Below, one piece after another: positions 27,958 to 38,101 of a stretch of DNA of 64,000 bases; position 1 is the stretch's first letter; each line of letters begins with the position of its first letter. Below the pieces are notes generated by a model that worked only from the letters and a program-made list of their open reading frames with translations, did not search any database and had not been told where the DNA came from. The DNA is from Flavobacterium sp. (lineage in GTDB: Bacteria > Bacteroidota > Bacteroidia > Flavobacteriales > Flavobacteriaceae), in contig JADFAM010000033.1 in the NCBI GenBank assembly GCA_015665265.1, positions 2,035 through 66,034 of the forward strand, in the 5' to 3' direction. Position numbers and translations under genes: made by a program.

Positions 27958-30020
27958 TAACTTATTTGTTGTCCGTTGCTAACTTCCTTTTCAGGTTCTA
28001 CGAAAGCTAATTTACCATCTGGAGTATCAGTCATTAAAATCATTCCTTGGCTTTCTATTCCTCGAATCTTCCTTGGAGCTAAATTGGTTAAAACTGTTAC
28101 TTGTTGACCAATAACATCCTCTGGAGAAAAGGTTTCAGCTATTCCTGAGATTATAGTTCTAACGTCTATGCCAATATCTACTTTTAGTTGTAATAATTTC
28201 TTCGTTTTTGCAACTTTTACAGCCTCTAAAATAGTTCCAATCCTCATATCTAACTTAGTAAAATCCTCAAATTCTATTGTTTCTTTTTGAGGTTCTAGAA
28301 CCTTATTTTCTTGCTCATTAGTTTTTTTAGTAGTTGCAAGCTTTTCCAATTGAAAAGTAACTGTTTTATCCTCAATTTTTGAAAATAATAATTCGGCAGG
28401 GTTTATTTGATGATTTGCTGGAAGCAATACCTCTTTATTAGAAACATCATTCCATGAGTTATTGGAAGTTAATTCAGAAAAATTTAATATTTTTTTGAGT
28501 TTACTTGAAGTGAAAGGTAAAAAAGGTTCAGAAATTACTGCCAAGGCAGTAGCTATTTGAATAGCAACATACATGATAGTTTTTACTCGCTCTTCGTCTA
28601 ATTTAATTACTTTCCAAGGCTCTTCATCTGCTAAGTACTTATTCCCTAACCTTGCAAGATTCATTAACTCTTGGGATGCTTCTCTAAATCGATACCGTTG
28701 AATAGACTTCCCAATACTGCCTGGAAATTCCTTAATGGCATCTAGGGTATCTTCATCAATCTCTGAAAGTTCTTTTGGAATAGGTACTTGACCATTGTAA
28801 TACTTATTTGTTAAAACAACTACACGGTTAATAAAGTTTCCAAAAATAGCTACTAATTCATTATTATTTTTTGCTTGGAAATCTTTCCACGTAAAATCAT
28901 TATCCTTATTCTCAGGAGCATTTGCTGTTAACGTATAGCGTAAAACATCCTGCTGATTTGGAAATTCCTCTAAATACTCGTGTAACCAAACAGCCCAATT
29001 TTTTGAGGTTGATAATTTATTCCCTTCTAAATTTAAAAATTCATTAGCTGGAACATTTTCAGGTAAAATATATCCTCCATGTGCTTTAAGCATACTTGGG
29101 AAAATAATACAATGAAAAACAATGTTGTCTTTTCCTATAAAATGAACCAACTTTGTATTGTCATCTTTCCAATAATCTTTCCAGTTTTTACCTTCTTTTT
29201 TTGCCCATTCTTTAGTTGAAGAGATGTAGCCAATTGGTGCATCAAACCAAACATATAATACCTTTCCTTCTGCTCCTTTAATAGGAACAGGAATTCCCCA
29301 TTCTAAATCTCTAGTTACTGCTCTTGGCCTAAGACCATCATCTACCCAAGACTTTACTTGACCTAAAACGTTAGATTTCCAATCATTTTTATGTCCTTCT
29401 AAAATCCACTCTCGCAAAAAAGATTCGTGTTTATCTAAAGGTAAAAACCAATGCTTAGTTTTTTTAACTGTAGGGACATTTCCTGTTATTGCCGAGGTTG
29501 GATTTATTAAATCAGTTCCGTTATGACTAGTTCCACATTGTTCGCATTGATCTCCATAACTTTCTTCAAACCCACATTTAGGGCAGGTTCCAACAACAAA
29601 ACGATCTGCTAAAAACTGATTAGCTTCAGCATCGTACAATTGTTCAGTAACTTCCTCGATAAAGGCCTCTTTTTTATGTAAGTCTATAAAAAAATCGGAG
29701 GCAGTCTTATGATGAATTTCAGAGGATGTTCTTGAGTAATTATCAAAAGAAATTCCAAAATCTGTAAAGGATTGCTTAATGATTGCATGATATTTATCGA
29801 TGATATCTTGAGGAGAAACACCTTCTTTTTTAGCCCTCATTGGGATGGCAACCCCATGTTCATCACTTCCACATATATATGCAACGTCATTTCCAGTTAA
29901 TCGTAAATATCTAGCATAAATATCTGCAGGAACATATACACCTGCTAAATGACCGATATGAATTGGTCCATTTGTGTAAGGTAAAGCTGCAGTAACAGTA
30001 TATCTTTTAGAAGAACTCAT
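27957..30020 (-). CDS. metG: Methionyl-tRNA synthetase
   Basis: Start trimmed to [10 protein letters not shown] (ATG at 30018-30020). HIGH motif is PIHIGH, KMSKS-like motif is KLSTSK, and there is a Cys-rich knuckle [18 protein letters not shown]. The C-terminal tRNA-binding domain starts at [10 protein letters not shown]. Confidence 0.95.
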   Translation of the reverse strand: MSSSKRYTVTAALPYTNGPIHIGHLAGVYVPADIYARYLRLTGNDVAYICGSDEHGVAIPMRAKKEGVSPQDIIDKYHAIIKQSFTDFGISFDNYSRTSSEIHHKTASDFFIDLHKKEAFIEEVTEQLYDAEANQFLADRFVVGTCPKCGFEESYGDQCEQCGTSHNGTDLINPTSAITGNVPTVKKTKHWFLPLDKHESFLREWILEGHKNDWKSNVLGQVKSWVDDGLRPRAVTRDLEWGIPVPIKGAEGKVLYVWFDAPIGYISSTKEWAKKEGKNWKDYWKDDNTKLVHFIGKDNIVFHCIIFPSMLKAHGGYILPENVPANEFLNLEGNKLSTSKNWAVWLHEYLEEFPNQQDVLRYTLTANAPENKDNDFTWKDFQAKNNNELVAIFGNFINRVVVLTNKYYNGQVPIPKELSEIDEDTLDAIKEFPGSIGKSIQRYRFREASQELMNLARLGNKYLADEEPWKVIKLDEERVKTIMYVAIQIATALAVISEPFLPFTSSKLKKILNFSELTSNNSWNDVSNKEVLLPANHQINPAELLFSKIEDKTVTFQLEKLATTKKTNEQENKVLEPQKETIEFEDFTKLDMRIGTILEAVKVAKTKKLLQLKVDIGIDVRTIISGIAETFSPEDVIGQQVTVLTNLAPRKIRGIESQGMILMTDTPDGKLAFVEPEKEVSNGQQIS

Positions 30021-30126
30021 GAATATGGTTTTGAAGTATTTTTTTGATTTACAAAAGTACAAAAAGCAAGTTGAACATATTTTTGAAAGCCCAATGAATT
30101 TAGATACATTTACAAAAATGATTTAT

Positions 30127-31137
30127 ATGAAGAGGCGAATTAAATACATATTCGTAGTTTTATCTCTTGTTTCTTTTTTGTCTTTTGGACAAACAAGGAT
30201 TGATTCAATTTCAAAAACCATGGGCTTAATCCAACCGAAGTATCTTAAAAAAGGTGACAGTATAATGATTGTTGCCTCTGCTGGAATACTAATAAATAGA
30301 AATGAAATTATAGATGAAGCACAAAAATTAGCAGAAAGTTGGGGGTTAAAAGTTTTTATAGGGGATCATGTTTTTAATCAAAATAATCATTTTGCAGGAA
30401 CGGACGAAGAACGTGCAAGTGATTTTCAGAAAGCATTAGATAACCCGAGCATAAAAGCAATTTGGTGCGCAAGAGGAGGTTATGGTAGTGGACGTATTTT
30501 AGATAAGTTAGATTACACAAAGTTTAGAGCATCTCCAAAATGGATTGTAGGTTATTCTGATATAACAGCATTTCACAGTCATATTCATAATCTTGGTTTT
30601 CAAACTATTCATGCAATGATGGCTACAAGCCTATCATTTAATTTAGAGGAAACTGAACAAAGTATTGAAACTTTTAGAAAAGCGTTATTCGGTGAAGAGT
30701 TGAGTTATAAAATAAGCTCATCTAAATACAATAAAATAGGGGAATCAGAAGGAATATTGGCAGGAGGAAATTTAAGTATTTTACAAAATATGTTGGGTAG
30801 TGTTAGTCAATTAAATACCGATGGACATATTTTATTTATTGAAGAAGTTGGCGAATACAAATATCATATAGATAGAATGCTACGAGGTTTAAAAAGAGCA
30901 GGGTATTTTAACAGTTGTAAAGGGTTAATTATTGGTGATATAAGTAATATTAAAAAAAATACGACAGTTTGGGGAGCTTCAATTGAAGATCTTGTTTTGG
31001 ATGTAGTTTCTGAGTTTGATTTCCCAGTGTTATTTAATTTTCCTGCTGGTCATGAAACAGATAATAGAGCCCTTATATTTGGAAAATCTATTAAGATGAA
31101 TGTTAAACCAACCATTTCTGAAGTTATATTTAAATGA
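30127..31137 (+). CDS. ldcA: LD-carboxypeptidase (peptidase S66, LdcA-like) with signal peptide
   Basis: Start placed at MKRRIKYIFVVLSLVSFLSFGQ (30127; 30118 is an alternative). The S66 nucleophile motif is IVGYSDITAFH, and a C-terminal FPAGHE is present. Confidence 0.75.
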   Translation: MKRRIKYIFVVLSLVSFLSFGQTRIDSISKTMGLIQPKYLKKGDSIMIVASAGILINRNEIIDEAQKLAESWGLKVFIGDHVFNQNNHFAGTDEERASDFQKALDNPSIKAIWCARGGYGSGRILDKLDYTKFRASPKWIVGYSDITAFHSHIHNLGFQTIHAMMATSLSFNLEETEQSIETFRKALFGEELSYKISSSKYNKIGESEGILAGGNLSILQNMLGSVSQLNTDGHILFIEEVGEYKYHIDRMLRGLKRAGYFNSCKGLIIGDISNIKKNTTVWGASIEDLVLDVVSEFDFPVLFNFPAGHETDNRALIFGKSIKMNVKPTISEVIFK

Positions 31138-32513
31138 AATTTATAGAAGATAGTATTGCTGCTTTTGCCTCTTTTATATGGGGGTATCCTTTGTTATTGT
31201 TATTAATAGGTGGAGGAATTTACCTTCTCTTGCTCTCTAGATTCTTGCCTTTCAGATATTTTTGGCATGCCATACAGGTATTACGAGGTAAGTATGATGA
31301 TCCTAACGATCCAGGGCAAATAAGTCATTTTCAAGCGTTAACAACTGCACTTTCAGCAACTGTAGGGATGGGAAATATTTCTGGAGTTGCAGTGGCCATA
31401 GCTATGGGAGGTCCAGGAGCAATTTTTTGGATGTGGATTAGTGCTGTAGTTGGAATGTCAACAAAATTTTTTACTTCATCTTTAGCAATTATGTTTAGAG
31501 GAAAAGATTCCGATGGAGTATTACAAGGTGGCCCCATGTATTTTATCATTAAGGGTCTTGGCAGTAAATGGAAACCTTTAGCAATTTTTTTTAGTTCTTG
31601 TGCAATGATAGGAGCATTACCTGTTTTTAATGTAAATCAATTAACACAGGCATTAAATGATATCTTATTAAAACCAAATGGAGTAGAAGTAACCGACTAT
31701 ACTAATTTAGGAATCGGATTTTTTCTTGTTATAATTACCTCTATTGTTGTTTTAGGTGGGTTAAAGAGAATTGGGATGGTTACTGCTAGACTTGTTCCAT
31801 CTATGGTGATCCTTTATTTTATATTGGTTGTCATTATATTAATTGTAAATATTGATGTTGTCCCTAAATATTTTTTAATGATATTCACAGATGCATTCTC
31901 TGCAGATTTTATTAATGAAGAATCTGTTATAGGAGGAGTTGTTGGCGCCCTAATCATTTTAGGGATCAAACGCGGGGCATTTTCTAATGAAGCAGGAGTG
32001 GGAACAGCACCAATGGCTCATGGAGCAGCAAAAACAGATGAGCCAATTAGAGAAGGATTAGTGGCTATGTTAGGACCATTTATTGATACAATCATAGTGT
32101 GTACATTAACTGCATTAGCCATATTAGTTACAGGTGTTTGGCAAACTAGTGATACCAACGGAGTAAGTTTAACAGCTACTGCTTTTGGAAATGCGATGCC
32201 AGGAATTGGTAAATATTTGCTCATGATTTGTGTTGCAATTTTTAGCATTTCATCATTGTTTTCGTATTCATACTATGGAACAAAGTCTTTATCATTTTTA
32301 GTAGGTTCTAAATATAAACATCTGTATAATTATTTATTTATAGCTAGTATTTTATTAGGAGCAACAGCTAGTTTAGATACGATGATTAATTTAATAGACA
32401 GCGCTTTTGCATTGATGGCCATTCCAACCATGTTGGCAACTATTATTTTAGCGCCAAAAGTGATGAAAGAAGCAAAAATTTATATTAAAAAGCTAAAGAA
32501 TTCTGGGGATTAG
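31134..32513 (+). CDS. Alanine/glycine:cation symporter (AGCS family)
   Basis: 459 aa, polytopic. The AGCS-type motif is GAFSNEAGVGTAPMAHGAA. The start overlaps the ldcA-like stop (ATGA). Confidence 0.85.
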   Translation: MKFIEDSIAAFASFIWGYPLLLLLIGGGIYLLLLSRFLPFRYFWHAIQVLRGKYDDPNDPGQISHFQALTTALSATVGMGNISGVAVAIAMGGPGAIFWMWISAVVGMSTKFFTSSLAIMFRGKDSDGVLQGGPMYFIIKGLGSKWKPLAIFFSSCAMIGALPVFNVNQLTQALNDILLKPNGVEVTDYTNLGIGFFLVIITSIVVLGGLKRIGMVTARLVPSMVILYFILVVIILIVNIDVVPKYFLMIFTDAFSADFINEESVIGGVVGALIILGIKRGAFSNEAGVGTAPMAHGAAKTDEPIREGLVAMLGPFIDTIIVCTLTALAILVTGVWQTSDTNGVSLTATAFGNAMPGIGKYLLMICVAIFSISSLFSYSYYGTKSLSFLVGSKYKHLYNYLFIASILLGATASLDTMINLIDSAFALMAIPTMLATIILAPKVMKEAKIYIKKLKNSGD

Positions 32514-33179
32514 ATTCCCCTCTTGATAGAAAGGTTGAAACCTAGCAAACAACTCTTCAGAATACCAATTTAACTCTCTTGTTTTCCTTACCATTTCTGC
32601 ATGTTTTGGGTTCTTATATGCATAATTCATCATAGATTCGGCATTAGACCAAAGAGAAAAAGTGGCTTGCATTAATAAAGGGAATTCACCAATTCCCTTC
32701 GAGAAAATTAATTCCTCGTAATTATCCATAGATTTTGAAACTGTTGGAACATTTTTCCAAAATTGATATGCTAACAAAGGTTTTATTGTTGCTCTAGTAA
32801 TAACTGCTAAAGGTTTAGTTTTGTCAAAAGCTACAGAAGTTTCAAAGGGATTTTCCTTACTCCATTTCCCATGACTTTTTATTGTGTGCATTAATACATG
32901 GCTATAGCGCATAGCTGTTTTGGTATATTCTTTTATAACATTGGTATCTATAAATTCCTTTGCTAATTTCTCTGATGTAAAAACAGCTACAAATCCAAAT
33001 GTGGAAAAATCTGGTTTTATAGAAAAACCATTCCCACTTCCAGTTCCTAGTGGTTTAAAAAATGAAAGTCCATTGGTATTTTTTTGGACTATAGGAGATC
33101 GTCCCATTCTTCCAAAAGCACGCCATTTGTTTTTTATTCCTGCATACTGAAAAAAAGATATTAAAGTAGTTTGAGACAT
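32493..33179 (-). CDS. Spheroidene monooxygenase (CrtA)-like protein; possible carotenoid hydroxylase
   Basis: 228 aa. The N-terminus TLISFFQYAGIKNKWRAFGRMG...FFKPLGTGSGNGF and the C-terminal half VITRATIKP..FW..VP..S...IGEFPLLMQATFSLW...EELFARF match my recollection of the CrtA family pattern. This is not HMM-verified. Confidence 0.5.
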   Translation of the reverse strand: MSQTTLISFFQYAGIKNKWRAFGRMGRSPIVQKNTNGLSFFKPLGTGSGNGFSIKPDFSTFGFVAVFTSEKLAKEFIDTNVIKEYTKTAMRYSHVLMHTIKSHGKWSKENPFETSVAFDKTKPLAVITRATIKPLLAYQFWKNVPTVSKSMDNYEELIFSKGIGEFPLLMQATFSLWSNAESMMNYAYKNPKHAEMVRKTRELNWYSEELFARFQPFYQEGNLIPRIL

Positions 33180-33230
33180 TTAAAAATTTTAAACAAAATT
33201 AAGTAATAAATGGTTTTGTATTTTAGTAAA

Positions 33231-33590
33231 ATGTCAGAACATTATGAATTAGGAAAAAAAGGTGAACAATTAGCAGTAGATTATTTAACAAAAGAAGGGT
33301 ATAAAATTGAAGAAAGAAATTGGAGATTTCAAAAAGCAGAAATAGATATTATAGCTAGTAAGCAAGAAACAATCATCTCTATTGAAGTTAAGACAAGGTC
33401 GTCAAAAGATTTTGGAAACCCGCAAGATTTCGTGAATTCTAAAAAAATTAAATTAATGGTAGTAGCTATGAGCGAATATGTTCTTATGAAAAATCTAGAT
33501 ATAGAGGTGAGATTTGATATTATAGCTATCACTAAAATTAAGGGGGGATTTGATATAAATCACATCAAAGACGCGTTCTTATACTTTTAA
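33231..33590 (+). CDS. YraN-family (UPF0102) endonuclease-like protein
   Basis: Start trimmed to MSEHYELGKKGEQLAVDYL. It shows the typical GE..A..YL..GY.I..RN.R....EIDIIA....I..IEVKTR pattern. Confidence 0.75.
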   Translation: MSEHYELGKKGEQLAVDYLTKEGYKIEERNWRFQKAEIDIIASKQETIISIEVKTRSSKDFGNPQDFVNSKKIKLMVVAMSEYVLMKNLDIEVRFDIIAITKIKGGFDINHIKDAFLYF

Positions 33591-34930
33591 TTTAATTCTT
33601 TCAATAGTATTTTTAATTCATCTATATTTTTTGGAATTGAAATAATTTTCTTGTCCATCCCTAATAAAAAATAGGTAGGAGTAGAGTTAATTAAGTAAGT
33701 TCTAGCTGTTGTATTTTGCCATTTTTTTAATCCTAGTACATGATGCCATCCCGGCATATTTAATTGATAATTTAACCATGTTTTCTCTGAAGTTTCCATA
33801 GCAAAAGCAACTACTTTTGTGTTGCTCATCTCTTTCATAAATTTATGAACTTCAGGAACTTCTCTCAAACAATGCGAACATTCTGTACTGTAAAAAATGA
33901 TTAGGTAACTTAGACCGTCTTTTAACTTGGAAAGACTAAGATTTTTTCCTTTTTCAGTCCAGGAAAAATCTGGAGCAACTCTTCCTATTGCAATTCTTAA
34001 TTGGGCTAATATTTTATTCTTAAACCCTAAATTTTGATATTGTTGAGGTAATTTTTCAAAGTAATTAGCAAACAAATAATCAACTAGAACCGCGTTTTTA
34101 GTTTCAGCGAATTTTGAAATTAAATAATTTATGATATCGGCTTTAAAAGAAATAGGTTTTATTTTTTCAATGGCAACTTGAACAGCTTTTTTGTATACTT
34201 CTTGCTTTTGATTTGGATCAGCAGCATAATTTAGAGAAAACACGTATTCAGAAACTTTATCAAACAAAAAAGAAGAATTATAAAGAGTATTATTTGAAAA
34301 GTCGATATTATCAAAAAAATGTGCCAAAGTATTATTGATATACTTAACAGGATTTTCTGTAATTTCTGAGGCATTATATCTTAGAGATGCTTTTATAAAA
34401 TGACTTACTATTTTATTTTGAGAATCTTGGGTGTATCTCTCTTCAATTTTTTGAATATTTTTTAAGCTATTTTTATATGCTTCTTTAATTTTTGACGAGG
34501 GGGTTCTAAAGTATTCACTTTGAATAGAGTCAAGAGTGTATTGTGCATTAAATATCTTTTTTTTAAATGAAGTATAAATTTGATTCTCCTTAGATATATT
34601 AAAAACAATTGAACTCTCTGCGTCTTTTGGATTGAATACAAAATCAATATTTTCTTTATTAAATAAAAAATCGATAAACCCGTTTTTTTTCATGCTATAC
34701 TTTAATCTGTAGGAACCAGTTTTAGCGTCGGAGGGGAGTGAAAGCTCAAAAAAACCTTTATTACCATTTTTTTTAACTTGTGTGTTTTTTATAAAAAGTT
34801 GTTTTGTTCCTTCAATTTTATATAGTAAAACCCAGGATGAATTCTCAATTGGGCTCATTGTACCATTAATAGAATATTGAGCACTTAGTGTAGTGCTAAT
34901 AAATAAGAATAAAACGACAAGTCTTTTCAT
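33587..34930 (-). CDS. Secreted thioredoxin-fold (TlpA/ResA-like) thiol:disulfide oxidoreductase with N-terminal beta-sandwich and helical middle domain
   Basis: 447 aa. Signal peptide MKRLVVLFLFISTTLSAQ. CxxC motif is FYSTECSHCLREVP in the C-terminal ~130 aa. Confidence 0.65.
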   Translation of the reverse strand: MKRLVVLFLFISTTLSAQYSINGTMSPIENSSWVLLYKIEGTKQLFIKNTQVKKNGNKGFFELSLPSDAKTGSYRLKYSMKKNGFIDFLFNKENIDFVFNPKDAESSIVFNISKENQIYTSFKKKIFNAQYTLDSIQSEYFRTPSSKIKEAYKNSLKNIQKIEERYTQDSQNKIVSHFIKASLRYNASEITENPVKYINNTLAHFFDNIDFSNNTLYNSSFLFDKVSEYVFSLNYAADPNQKQEVYKKAVQVAIEKIKPISFKADIINYLISKFAETKNAVLVDYLFANYFEKLPQQYQNLGFKNKILAQLRIAIGRVAPDFSWTEKGKNLSLSKLKDGLSYLIIFYSTECSHCLREVPEVHKFMKEMSNTKVVAFAMETSEKTWLNYQLNMPGWHHVLGLKKWQNTTARTYLINSTPTYFLLGMDKKIISIPKNIDELKILLKELN

Positions 34931-34961
34931 AATAATTAGATTTAATTTTCTAAAATGAACT

Positions 34962-34969
34962 CAAAATTA
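34962..34969 (-). promoter_or_regulatory. Candidate -7 box (TAATTTTG on the minus strand) for 33587-34930
   Basis: Plus-strand caaaatta, 32 nt upstream of the ATG at 34930. Confidence 0.4.
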
Positions 34970-35015
34970 CTGTTTCTTGAGTAAATTCTGTACTTTAGAA
35001 CTAAATAAATTAAAC

Positions 35016-35810
35016 ATGAGTTTTCGTAATAAAGTCATTTGGATTACCGGAGCTTCTTCAGGAATAGGAAAAGCGCTTGCTATTGAGTTATCGAATCAAA
35101 ATGCATTGCTAATTATATCGGCAAGGAATAAAGATTCACTTGAAATTGTAAAAGAATCTTGCAAAAACCCAAAAAATGTTTGGATTATTCCTTTAGATTT
35201 AGAAAAAGATTCAACTTTTAATGAAATTACACAACAAGCAGTAAATATATTTGGTAGAATTGATATTCTTGTAAATAATGGAGGTATAAGTCAGCGATCA
35301 TTGGCATCAGAAACCCATATTTCAGTTGATAAAAAAATTATGAATGTTAATTATACAGGAACAATAGCATTAACAAAAGCTGTATTACCTCACTTTATTG
35401 AAAATAAAAAGGGTCATTTTGCGGTAACTACGAGTATGGTCGGATTAATAGGAACTCCTCTAAGATCTAGTTATGCTGCATCAAAGCATGCTCTGCATGG
35501 GTTTTTTGACAGCTTGCGCGCAGAGGTGTATGATACTAATATAGCGGTGACATTAATTTGCCCAGGCTTTGTCTCAACAGATATCTCTATGAACGCCTTA
35601 ACTGGAGATGGAACCTCACAAAAAAAAATGGATACTGCTACAGCCAATGGAATCTCACCGGAAAGATTTGCTAAATTAATGGCCAAAGCAATTCACAACA
35701 AAAAGGAAGAAGCCTATATTGCTGGCTTTAAAGAAAAACTGGGAGTCTATGTAAAAAGATGGTTTCCAAAGGTGTTTTCCGTTATGATAAGAAAACTTAG
35801 GGTTACTTAA
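35016..35810 (+). CDS. Short-chain dehydrogenase/reductase (SDR)
   Basis: Start trimmed to MSFRNKVIWITGASSGIGKA. It has the TGxxxGxG motif, NNGG, and the catalytic YAASKHAL (YxxxK). Confidence 0.85.
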   Translation: MSFRNKVIWITGASSGIGKALAIELSNQNALLIISARNKDSLEIVKESCKNPKNVWIIPLDLEKDSTFNEITQQAVNIFGRIDILVNNGGISQRSLASETHISVDKKIMNVNYTGTIALTKAVLPHFIENKKGHFAVTTSMVGLIGTPLRSSYAASKHALHGFFDSLRAEVYDTNIAVTLICPGFVSTDISMNALTGDGTSQKKMDTATANGISPERFAKLMAKAIHNKKEEAYIAGFKEKLGVYVKRWFPKVFSVMIRKLRVT

Positions 35811-36171
35811 AAAAATTTAGTTCTTCAAAATAATGTATGATCGCTTCTTTCATCAAAACAGCTTGTTCACCTGGTTTTAAGTTTGGAAGATCTGTTACTA
35901 TCTTGTAATGAGGCCAGCCATCTTTATCAAAAAAATCGAATTCATAATATCCATAAGGTTCCAATAATTTGCAAATTGCAATGTGCATTAGGTTTACTTT
36001 TTCATCTTTTTTGAACTGTCTTTTTCCTTGTCCTAATTCTTGAACACCAATTAAATAGATGATGCTGTCAAGATTTAATACATCTCCCTCAGAAAACTGT
36101 TGAGTTAATTCTTCAACCAAATAATCCCACCTATCTTTTAAACTTGTAGCATTGTTTTGTCTTATTTTCAT
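35803..36171 (-). CDS. Hypothetical cytoplasmic protein (122 aa)
   Basis: Clean ORF with no competing frame. No motif recognised. Its 3' end overlaps the SDR gene by 8 nt. Confidence 0.45.
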   Translation of the reverse strand: MKIRQNNATSLKDRWDYLVEELTQQFSEGDVLNLDSIIYLIGVQELGQGKRQFKKDEKVNLMHIAICKLLEPYGYYEFDFFDKDGWPHYKIVTDLPNLKPGEQAVLMKEAIIHYFEELNFFK

Positions 36172-36252
36172 GTTGTAAAGATATTAATTCTTTGAGGTAT
36201 TTTTATTGAACTAATGCTTTTATATTGTATGGTATTATCTTTTAGGTTTCTA

Positions 36253-36260
36253 TATATTTG
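36253..36260 (+). promoter_or_regulatory. Candidate -7 box (TATATTTG) for the TonB-dependent receptor gene
   Basis: Matches TAnnTTTG, 20 nt upstream of the ATG at 36280. Confidence 0.4.
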
Positions 36261-36279
36261 CAAGCTTAAATTAACAACC

Positions 36280-38091
36280 ATGAGTTTAAGTAAGAAGATT
36301 AATTTTATTTTAGTTTTATGTATTACAATACAATCTTTTTCACAAGAGAAAGTTCAAGAATTAGATTCTATAGTAATTAATTCTACAAGAATTAGTATGC
36401 CATTTAAGAAAAACTCTCGTACGATAACTATTATAACAGCCAAAGACATTAAAAATAGTGCAGCAACAAATGTTGCAGACTTATTACAACAAGTTACTGG
36501 AGTAGATATTAGAAGAAGAGGAACCGGAGGAGGACAATCTGATTTGTACATAAGAGGAGGAGGATTTGATCAAACTTTACTACTGATTGATGGAATTAAA
36601 ATGGACGATGCACAAACTGGACATCATACCATGAATGCGGCTTTGCCAATTGAAGTAATTGAAAGAATTGAAATTATTAAAGGACCCGCAGCAAGAATTT
36701 TTGGACAAAATGCATTTACTGGAGCCATTAATATCGTAACTAAAAAGAGATTAAAAAGTAAAGTTTCTATAAATCTAGAAGCTGGGTCTTTTGGACAATT
36801 AAACGGTTCTGTAACTTTAGGAAAAGAGACTGAAAACACATCAATTATCGCTCATCTTGGCGCACTTTCATCTAACGGATATCGTAATAATTCTGATTAT
36901 AACAATCAAAATTATTTTTTAAAGGGAATCTTTAATAAAAAGAAGCAACCCATAGAAGTTATTGCTACTTTTTTTGATAAGAAGTTTGGAGCAGAAAACT
37001 TTTACACAACCAATGCAACTTTTAACGAGTATGAAGAAACTCAAAATAGTTTACTAGGAGTTTCTAGTACTTTTAAATCCAATAAATTTAAAGTAACACC
37101 GAGAATCTATTGGAGAAGAGGACAAGACATGTTTCTTTTAAGAAGAGATGATCCTGGGTTTTATAGAAATTTCCATATTACAAATAAAATAGGGGTTGAA
37201 ACAAATGCTTCTTATACATCAGATCTTGGAATTACTGGTTTTGGAGTTGATTTTTCAAGATTTTCTATACAAAGCAACAATCTAGGTGAAAGAGCTAGAA
37301 CTATGGCAAACTTATTCTTAGAGCACCGTTTTAAATTGGGTTCTTTTGATATTACTCCAGGTGTAGCTGCAACGTATTTTTCAGACTTTAAATTTAATGC
37401 TTTTCCAGGTTTAGATCTTGGGGTTCAAGTTACTGATGAAGTAAGAATATATGGAAATATTGGGCACACCTTTAGAGCACCAACTTTTACCGATTTATAT
37501 TATAGTGATCCTGCAACTTCAGGAAATCCAAACTTAGAACCAGAAAAAGCACTTTCTCAAGAAATAGGAGTAAAGTATAGTGATATCAAATTTTCAGGAT
37601 CTCTAGCTATTTTTAACAGAGATTCAGAAGATTTAATAGATTATGTAAGACCAAATACTGACGTTAGTATTTTTACAGCAGCCAATATTGCAGAAGTAAG
37701 TACTCAAGGGATTGAGTTTGAAAGTACCTATAAATTTAAAATGAGTAATTACAATCAAACCATAACTTTTGGGTATACATATTTAAATGATGATATTTTA
37801 GATCAAAATAAAGACTTGTCACGTTATTCTTTAAATACTTTAAAACATCAATTTATTTCTCGTTTTACATCTCAATGGTTAAAAAATGTGCGTCAAAATA
37901 TTATTTTTAAACATGCAGAGAGAACAGTAGGAACGAGCTATAATGTTTGGGATGCTTCTTTACTTGTAGATGTTAATAAATTTACGTTTACTTTGACTGC
38001 TAACAATATTTTTAACGCTGAGTATATAGAATCTGGATTCGTACCAATGCCAAATAGTAATGTTTTACTAGGTTTACGTTATGGTTTTTAA
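36280..38091 (+). CDS. TonB-dependent receptor (small, BtuB/CirA-size; substrate unknown)
   Basis: Start trimmed to MSLSKKINFILVLCITIQSFSQ. TonB-box-like segment is LDSIVINSTR. Plug motifs are DLLQQVTGVDIRRRG and IDGIKMDD. The beta-barrel ends ...LLGLRYGF. Confidence 0.8.
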   Translation: MSLSKKINFILVLCITIQSFSQEKVQELDSIVINSTRISMPFKKNSRTITIITAKDIKNSAATNVADLLQQVTGVDIRRRGTGGGQSDLYIRGGGFDQTLLLIDGIKMDDAQTGHHTMNAALPIEVIERIEIIKGPAARIFGQNAFTGAINIVTKKRLKSKVSINLEAGSFGQLNGSVTLGKETENTSIIAHLGALSSNGYRNNSDYNNQNYFLKGIFNKKKQPIEVIATFFDKKFGAENFYTTNATFNEYEETQNSLLGVSSTFKSNKFKVTPRIYWRRGQDMFLLRRDDPGFYRNFHITNKIGVETNASYTSDLGITGFGVDFSRFSIQSNNLGERARTMANLFLEHRFKLGSFDITPGVAATYFSDFKFNAFPGLDLGVQVTDEVRIYGNIGHTFRAPTFTDLYYSDPATSGNPNLEPEKALSQEIGVKYSDIKFSGSLAIFNRDSEDLIDYVRPNTDVSIFTAANIAEVSTQGIEFESTYKFKMSNYNQTITFGYTYLNDDILDQNKDLSRYSLNTLKHQFISRFTSQWLKNVRQNIIFKHAERTVGTSYNVWDASLLVDVNKFTFTLTANNIFNAEYIESGFVPMPNSNVLLGLRYGF

Positions 38092-38101
38092 AGTTCAATT
38101 T

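Noticed and set aside
36172-36279. Possible cobalamin or other riboswitch upstream of the small TonB-dependent receptor
   Set aside because: Only about 108 bp are available, the -7 box is 20 nt from the ATG, and no conserved riboswitch core (for example a B12 box) is visible.
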